Of a stretch of 64,000 bases of DNA, positions 59,933 to 64,000 are shown in pieces. This DNA comes from an uncultured Chloroflexia bacterium (GTDB lineage: Bacteria > Chloroflexota > Limnocylindria > Limnocylindrales > CSP1-4), in the NCBI GenBank assembly GCA_963698595.1, contig CAVORL010000006.1:307569-371568 (forward strand), written 5' to 3'. Position numbers and translations under genes: made by a program. A model generated the notes under the pieces. That model did not search any database. It had not been told where the DNA came from and worked only from the letters and a program-made list of their open reading frames with translations. Each line of letters starts with the position of its first letter. Position 1 is the stretch's first letter.

Positions 59933-60727
59933 ATGTCCAGCTCCTTGTACGTCGTCGATGCCTTCGCTGCCGGGCCGTTCAGCGGCAACCCGGCCGCGGT
60001 GATCCTGGCCGATGGTCCGCGCCCCGACTCCTGGCTCGCCGCCGTGGCCGCGGAGATGAACCTCTCGGAGACCGCGTTCCCCCGGCCCCGGCCGGACGGA
60101 GCCTGGGACCTGCGCTGGTTCACGCCGACCGTCGAGGTCGACCTGTGCGGGCACGCGACGCTGGCCACCGCGCACGTGCTGTGGGAGACGGGGCGTGCCG
60201 GCGACGGAGAGCCGATCCGGTTCCGCACCCGCAGCGGGCTGCTCGCCGCGACACGGCGGCCTGATGGCTGGATCGAGCTCGACCTGCCGGTCGACCCCGT
60301 TCGCCCGATCGCGCCACCCGCCGGGCTTGTCGAGGCGCTCGGGGTGGAGCCGACCTTCATCGGGAGCGGAGCGGCCAACCTGCTCGTGGAGCTGCCTGGC
60401 GCCCCCGACATCCGGGGCCTGCGGCCCGACCTCCCCTGGCTGGCGACCGCCATCCCCGACGGCCTCATCGCCACTGCCACCTCGGACGACCCGCGGGCCG
60501 CGATCGTCTCGCGCTACTTCTGCCCGGCCGCCGGCATCCCCGAGGACCCGGTCACCGGATCGGCGCATTGCGCGCTCGCCCCTCACTGGGCTCCCCGGCT
60601 CGGCATGTCGTTCCGTGCCCTCCAGGTGTCGCCCCGGGGCGGCCTCCTGGACGTGGAGCTTCGCGGGGAGCGCGTCGCCGTGGCCGGAGCCGCTGTGACC
60701 GTGATCTCGGGCCGCCTCCTGGCCTAG
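59933..60727 (+). CDS. PhzF family phenazine biosynthesis-like isomerase
   Basis: YVVDAFAAGPFSGNPAAV...LSETAF...CGHATLA. Start is the internal ATG at codon 66. Confidence 0.8.
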   Translation: MSSSLYVVDAFAAGPFSGNPAAVILADGPRPDSWLAAVAAEMNLSETAFPRPRPDGAWDLRWFTPTVEVDLCGHATLATAHVLWETGRAGDGEPIRFRTRSGLLAATRRPDGWIELDLPVDPVRPIAPPAGLVEALGVEPTFIGSGAANLLVELPGAPDIRGLRPDLPWLATAIPDGLIATATSDDPRAAIVSRYFCPAAGIPEDPVTGSAHCALAPHWAPRLGMSFRALQVSPRGGLLDVELRGERVAVAGAAVTVISGRLLA

Positions 60728-60796
60728 ACACCGCCGATCAGCGGCCCGGAGGCACGGGCCCCGCGGCGGAGCATGACCGTGGCCGACCCAGCCGGG

Positions 60797-62083
60797 TCAC
60801 TCGGCCGGGAGGACGATCCGCAGGACCCGGCCGCCGGACTGGTCGGCGACGTAGAGCTCGCCGGCCTCGTCCTCGCCGAACGATGGCAGCGCGAGCCCGG
60901 TCTCGAGGACGGGGCGCGGGGTCGGTGTAGCGGCGCTCGGGTCGAGGGCCCAGATCGTGCCGCTGCAGAAGTCGCCGTACAGGTACGTCCCGGCCAGGCC
61001 GGGGATGCCCGACCCGCGGTAGACGTAGCCGCCGGTCACCGAACAGCCCTGGTCGTGGGGGTACTCGGCGATTGGCAGCACGAGACCCGTCGTGTCGCAG
61101 CCCTCGGACGGGTCGAAGCAGGCGCTCGCTTCCATCGTGTTCCATCCGAAGTTCGGACCGGCGGGCGACCCGGCCGGCCAGCGATTGACTTCCTCCAGCG
61201 AGCCCTGGCCCACGTCGCCGATCCACAGGTCGCCGGTCGCGCGGTCGAAGGAGAAGCGCCACGGGTTGCGGAGCCCGTATGCCCAGATTTCCGCCCGCCC
61301 GATGTCCTGCCCGACGAACGGGTTGTCGGCGGGGATCCCATACGGCGCGCCACCGCCCGGTCGCGGGTCGATTCGCAGGAGCTTGCCAAGCAGCGTGTCC
61401 AGGCGCTGCCCGTTGCCCTGCGGGTCGCCGCCGGACCCTCCGTCGCCGGTGGCGATCCAGAGGAGCCCGTCGGGGCTGGTCGCGAGGGCCCCGCCATTGT
61501 GGTTCGCGTACGGCTGGTCGATTCGAAGGAGGACCCGCTCCGTGTCGGGGTCGACGCGGTCGGCCGCCGGGTCGGGTGCCCGGAGCTCGCTGATGACCGT
61601 GTCGCCGTCGCGGTCCGTGTAGTCGACGTAGAGGCGCCCGTCGGCGGAGAAGGTCGGCGAGAACGCGAGGCCGAGGAGCCCGCGCTCGCCGCTCGAGGAG
61701 ATACGGTCCTGCAGGTCGAGATACGGCTCGGAGAGGAGCCGCCCGTCGCGCACGACGCGGACTCGGCCCCCTTGCTCGACGACGAAGAGGCGGTCGCTGC
61801 CGTCCCCGGCATTCCCGACGAAGAGCGGCGAGTCGAACCCATCCGCCACAGGCTCGAGGGCGAGCCTCTCGACGGGTGGGACGGTGGGGGTGGTCGCGGG
61901 CGGCGCCGTCGTCGGGGCGGGGGAGAGGCTTGCCGGGGGTGGCACCGGCGTCACCACCGGCGGCGTCGCGCCCGGCGGTGTGGGTGCCGCGCCGGAGCAC
62001 GCAGCGAGGAGGCCGCCGATGGCGATGACGGCGATGACGGCGAACCCGGTGCGGGACGCCGGCCGGAAGCTGGACTGACTCAT
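60797..62083 (-). CDS. PQQ-dependent sugar dehydrogenase (soluble glucose/sorbosone dehydrogenase family) lipoprotein
   Basis: Lipobox LLAAC, a Pro/Thr-rich linker, then the beta-propeller dehydrogenase motifs (HNGGAL, WAYGLRNPWRFSFD). Only the 3'-terminal 428 codons of the 784-aa ORF are real. Confidence 0.8.
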   Translation of the reverse strand: MSQSSFRPASRTGFAVIAVIAIGGLLAACSGAAPTPPGATPPVVTPVPPPASLSPAPTTAPPATTPTVPPVERLALEPVADGFDSPLFVGNAGDGSDRLFVVEQGGRVRVVRDGRLLSEPYLDLQDRISSSGERGLLGLAFSPTFSADGRLYVDYTDRDGDTVISELRAPDPAADRVDPDTERVLLRIDQPYANHNGGALATSPDGLLWIATGDGGSGGDPQGNGQRLDTLLGKLLRIDPRPGGGAPYGIPADNPFVGQDIGRAEIWAYGLRNPWRFSFDRATGDLWIGDVGQGSLEEVNRWPAGSPAGPNFGWNTMEASACFDPSEGCDTTGLVLPIAEYPHDQGCSVTGGYVYRGSGIPGLAGTYLYGDFCSGTIWALDPSAATPTPRPVLETGLALPSFGEDEAGELYVADQSGGRVLRIVLPAE

Positions 62084-62166
62084 GCCGCCAGTGTGCGCCA
62101 GGACGCCCGCTCGGGTTGGCGCGCGAGGCCACCGACGCGTGGCGCGAGGCGGGACGGGCGACGTCG

Positions 62167-62895
62167 TCACCTGCCGGGCCCGTACGCGGGCAGGAGCGAC
62201 GCGAGCGCGCCCGCGTGGCCCGGCGTCACCCCGCGCTCGTCGTGGCGGAAGAAGACGTAGGCGTCGCGGCCGTCCGCGAGAAACGGCTGTAGGCGTGCGG
62301 CCCAGTCCTCGAGATCGGCGGTGCCGTACGCGGTCCGCCGCAGGCGCACGTAGATGAACGGGCCAGTGACCGTGAGGGGCGGGTCCGGCGCCTCGTCGAC
62401 CTCCGTGACCACCAGCGCCGCCCCGGCCGCCCGGAGGGCGGCGTGCGTCTCGTCGACGTGCCAGGAGGGCTCCTGGAGCTCCACCGCGAGCGGGAGGTGG
62501 GCCGGCCAGGCCGCCAGGAGCCGGGCGAGCCGCGCGTCGTCGCGTGGCTGGCCCGCAGGGATCCGGACGAGTGCCGTGCCGAGCCGTTCGCCCAACGAGG
62601 CCAGGGGCGCGGTGAGCCAGGGCAGCGTCGCGACGGGATCGGTTGCGTAGGCGCGGAGCGTTCCGGTGCGCAGGAGCTTCATGGCAAAGCGGAACGACGA
62701 GGGCACGCGCGCCGCCCAGGTGGCGGCCTGCTCCGCCGACGGGTGGCGGTAGTACGTGGAGCTCATCTCCACGGCCGCGAGCCGCGCCGCGTACGCGGGC
62801 AGGAGCGCGCCTCGGCGTGTTCCCGGCGAGTAGAAGGCCGGTTCCCAGCCTGGATACGAGAAGCCGCTCGTCCCGGTGCGGAGGATGCCGGCCAT
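62167..62895 (-). CDS. DUF72 domain protein
   Basis: MAGILRTGTSGFSYPGWEPAFYSPG. Start is the ATG 5 nt after the marR stop. Confidence 0.7.
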   Translation of the reverse strand: MAGILRTGTSGFSYPGWEPAFYSPGTRRGALLPAYAARLAAVEMSSTYYRHPSAEQAATWAARVPSSFRFAMKLLRTGTLRAYATDPVATLPWLTAPLASLGERLGTALVRIPAGQPRDDARLARLLAAWPAHLPLAVELQEPSWHVDETHAALRAAGAALVVTEVDEAPDPPLTVTGPFIYVRLRRTAYGTADLEDWAARLQPFLADGRDAYVFFRHDERGVTPGHAGALASLLPAYGPGR

Positions 62896-62900
62896 GCGGG

Positions 62901-63449
62901 TCAGGGCTCCTGGGCCCCCGCCAGGGCCGGCGACTCGGTCGCAGAGCCGGCGTCGCGGGTCGCAAGCCCGGCGACGACGGCCTCCAGGGCCCGGACGAGC
63001 CCCACCCGATCCTCCTCGGCGATGAAGGAGAGGAAGCTCGCCTCGACGCCCCGGAGGTGGACCGGGGCGGCGGCGCGGAGCCGCTCGAGCCCGACGGAGG
63101 TGAGCACGGCCCACGACCCCCGGGCGTCGGTCGGGCAGGCGCGGCGCGCAACGAGCCCGGCTGCCTCGAGGCGGCCGACGAGCCGCGAGACGCCGCTCCG
63201 GGAGAGGACCACGCGATCCGCCAGCTCGTTCATCCGGAGCCGCCGGTCATGGCTGGTGGCGAGCTGGACGAGGGCGTTGTATTCCGCCAGGGTCAGGCCC
63301 CGTTCCGCCACGAGCCTCGCGTCGAGGCGGCGCGTCACGGCGGCAGAGGCGTGGAGGAACGCGATCCACGCTCGGAGCCGCGGGTCGCCGGGGCTGAACG
63401 TCCCGGCCACGGATGGGGTGCGCGGGGGCTGCCCGATCGGCGTGGCCAT
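62901..63449 (-). CDS. MarR family transcriptional regulator
   Basis: Winged HTH LTLAEYNALVQLATSHDRRLRMNELADRVVLSRSGVSRLVGRLEAAGLVARR. Start is the internal ATG at codon 170. Confidence 0.75.
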   Translation of the reverse strand: MATPIGQPPRTPSVAGTFSPGDPRLRAWIAFLHASAAVTRRLDARLVAERGLTLAEYNALVQLATSHDRRLRMNELADRVVLSRSGVSRLVGRLEAAGLVARRACPTDARGSWAVLTSVGLERLRAAAPVHLRGVEASFLSFIAEEDRVGLVRALEAVVAGLATRDAGSATESPALAGAQEP

Positions 63450-63582
63450 CGGCTCCTGGCTCGTGCGGGGTCCCGGTTGCCGGATCATACGCCGTCGAGA
63501 TGCATGGTTGCACGCGCAACTACTCGCCGTGCGATCGATTTTGCAAGGCCGATCCGGCTCCGGCGCCCGGTCATGCCGGGCC

Positions 63583-64000
63583 TTACGGCGCGGCGAACGT
63601 CGCGTCGATGCACTCGTCCAGCGTGACCGGGCGCGCCACGGGGCTGTCGGGGAGCCCCAACATGAAATCGATCGAGCGCTGCCAGGCAGCCGCGTCGACG
63701 GCCCCCATTCCGTTGGCAGCCGTGTAGTCGTTCTGCCACGTCTCGATCGTCGCCCGGAGCACCGCGAGCTGGGCCTCCCGGTCGGAGGCGAGCTCCGGCA
63801 CCCTCGCGATCGCTGCCTCGAGGCCCTTCTCGGGCTCCGCCGCGATCTCGTCCATCGCCCGCCGGGTCGCCTCGATGAAGGCGCGGATCGCGGGCGCCTT
63901 CGGGCCGTCGAGCGTCGCCCGGCCGACGATGAGCCCGTTGCCCGGGAGCTGGGCATCGGCCGGCAGGGCCAGCACGACGGCCGGCGTCCCTCCCAGCTCG
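63583..64000 (-). CDS. ABC transporter substrate-binding protein (NMT1/THI5-like), C-terminal part; gene continues beyond the window
   Basis: The ORF frame is open to the window edge, with no stop expected before base 64000 on the minus strand. Confidence 0.5.
   Translation of the reverse strand, partial: ELGGTPAVVLALPADAQLPGNGLIVGRATLDGPKAPAIRAFIEATRRAMDEIAAEPEKGLEAAIARVPELASDREAQLAVLRATIETWQNDYTAANGMGAVDAAAWQRSIDFMLGLPDSPVARPVTLDECIDATFAAP

Noticed and set aside
60773-62260. 495-aa plus-strand ORF
   Set aside because: Antisense to the PQQ-dependent dehydrogenase gene, with Arg/Gly/Asp-rich composition.
1-64000. CRISPR arrays, IS elements, integrases, phage genes
   Set aside because: Apart from the single 2 x 53 bp tandem duplication, no regularly spaced repeats were seen. 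No transposase, integrase or phage-like ORF was recognised in any frame.

Overview
This is a very GC-rich window (about 70-73% GC by eye) with dense coding on both strands, and it looks like chromosomal DNA from an Actinobacteria-like organism. I saw no rRNA, tRNA, CRISPR array, transposase or integrase.

What is here, in order along the window:
- ABC-2 exporter pairs with a divergent GbsR/MarR-type regulator, a tandem universal stress protein, an S9 peptidase and DNA-3-methyladenine glycosylase I.
- An orphan CpaF/TadA-type ATPase fused in frame to a RidA/YjgF domain, with no other Tad/Flp pilus genes around it.
- An MFS transporter, L-lactate dehydrogenase and the glutamate synthase large subunit gltB with no gltD next to it.
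- A hemerythrin-like protein, a homocysteine S-methyltransferase, a DUF302 gene whose 3' end is tandemly duplicated, a CxxC membrane protein and an OmpR-type response regulator with a GAF histidine kinase.
- The arginine operon argC-argJ-argB-argR, with no argD, preceded by palindromic ARG-box-like sites around a TATAGT element.
- A translationally coupled trxB - SAM-methyltransferase - ABC exporter operon followed by an OsmC-like gene.
- A signalling island: a dCache-PAS-GAF sensor with no output domain, coupled to a 5TM-PAS-PAS histidine kinase, a CheY-like receiver, a REC-PAS-GGDEF-EAL protein and a PAS-GGDEF cyclase. The kinase and receiver 3' parts carry about five frameshifts.
- A cofactor F420 island: cofE, cofC, cofD, three luciferase-like (LLM) oxidoreductases, a deazaflavin-dependent nitroreductase and a PPOX-class enzyme.
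- A sugar ABC uptake operon, an inositol monophosphatase-family gene, a 5'-3' exonuclease, a nicotinamidase, pyruvate dehydrogenase E1 (aceE), SIMPL, PhzF, a PQQ-dependent dehydrogenase, DUF72 and MarR genes, and a truncated substrate-binding protein gene at the 3' edge.

Many of the long ORFs in the six-frame track are antisense or frame artefacts of the high GC content and I did not call them. Where a true start lies inside a longer ORF, I placed it by codon arithmetic from the ORF track. Starts are less certain than stops.
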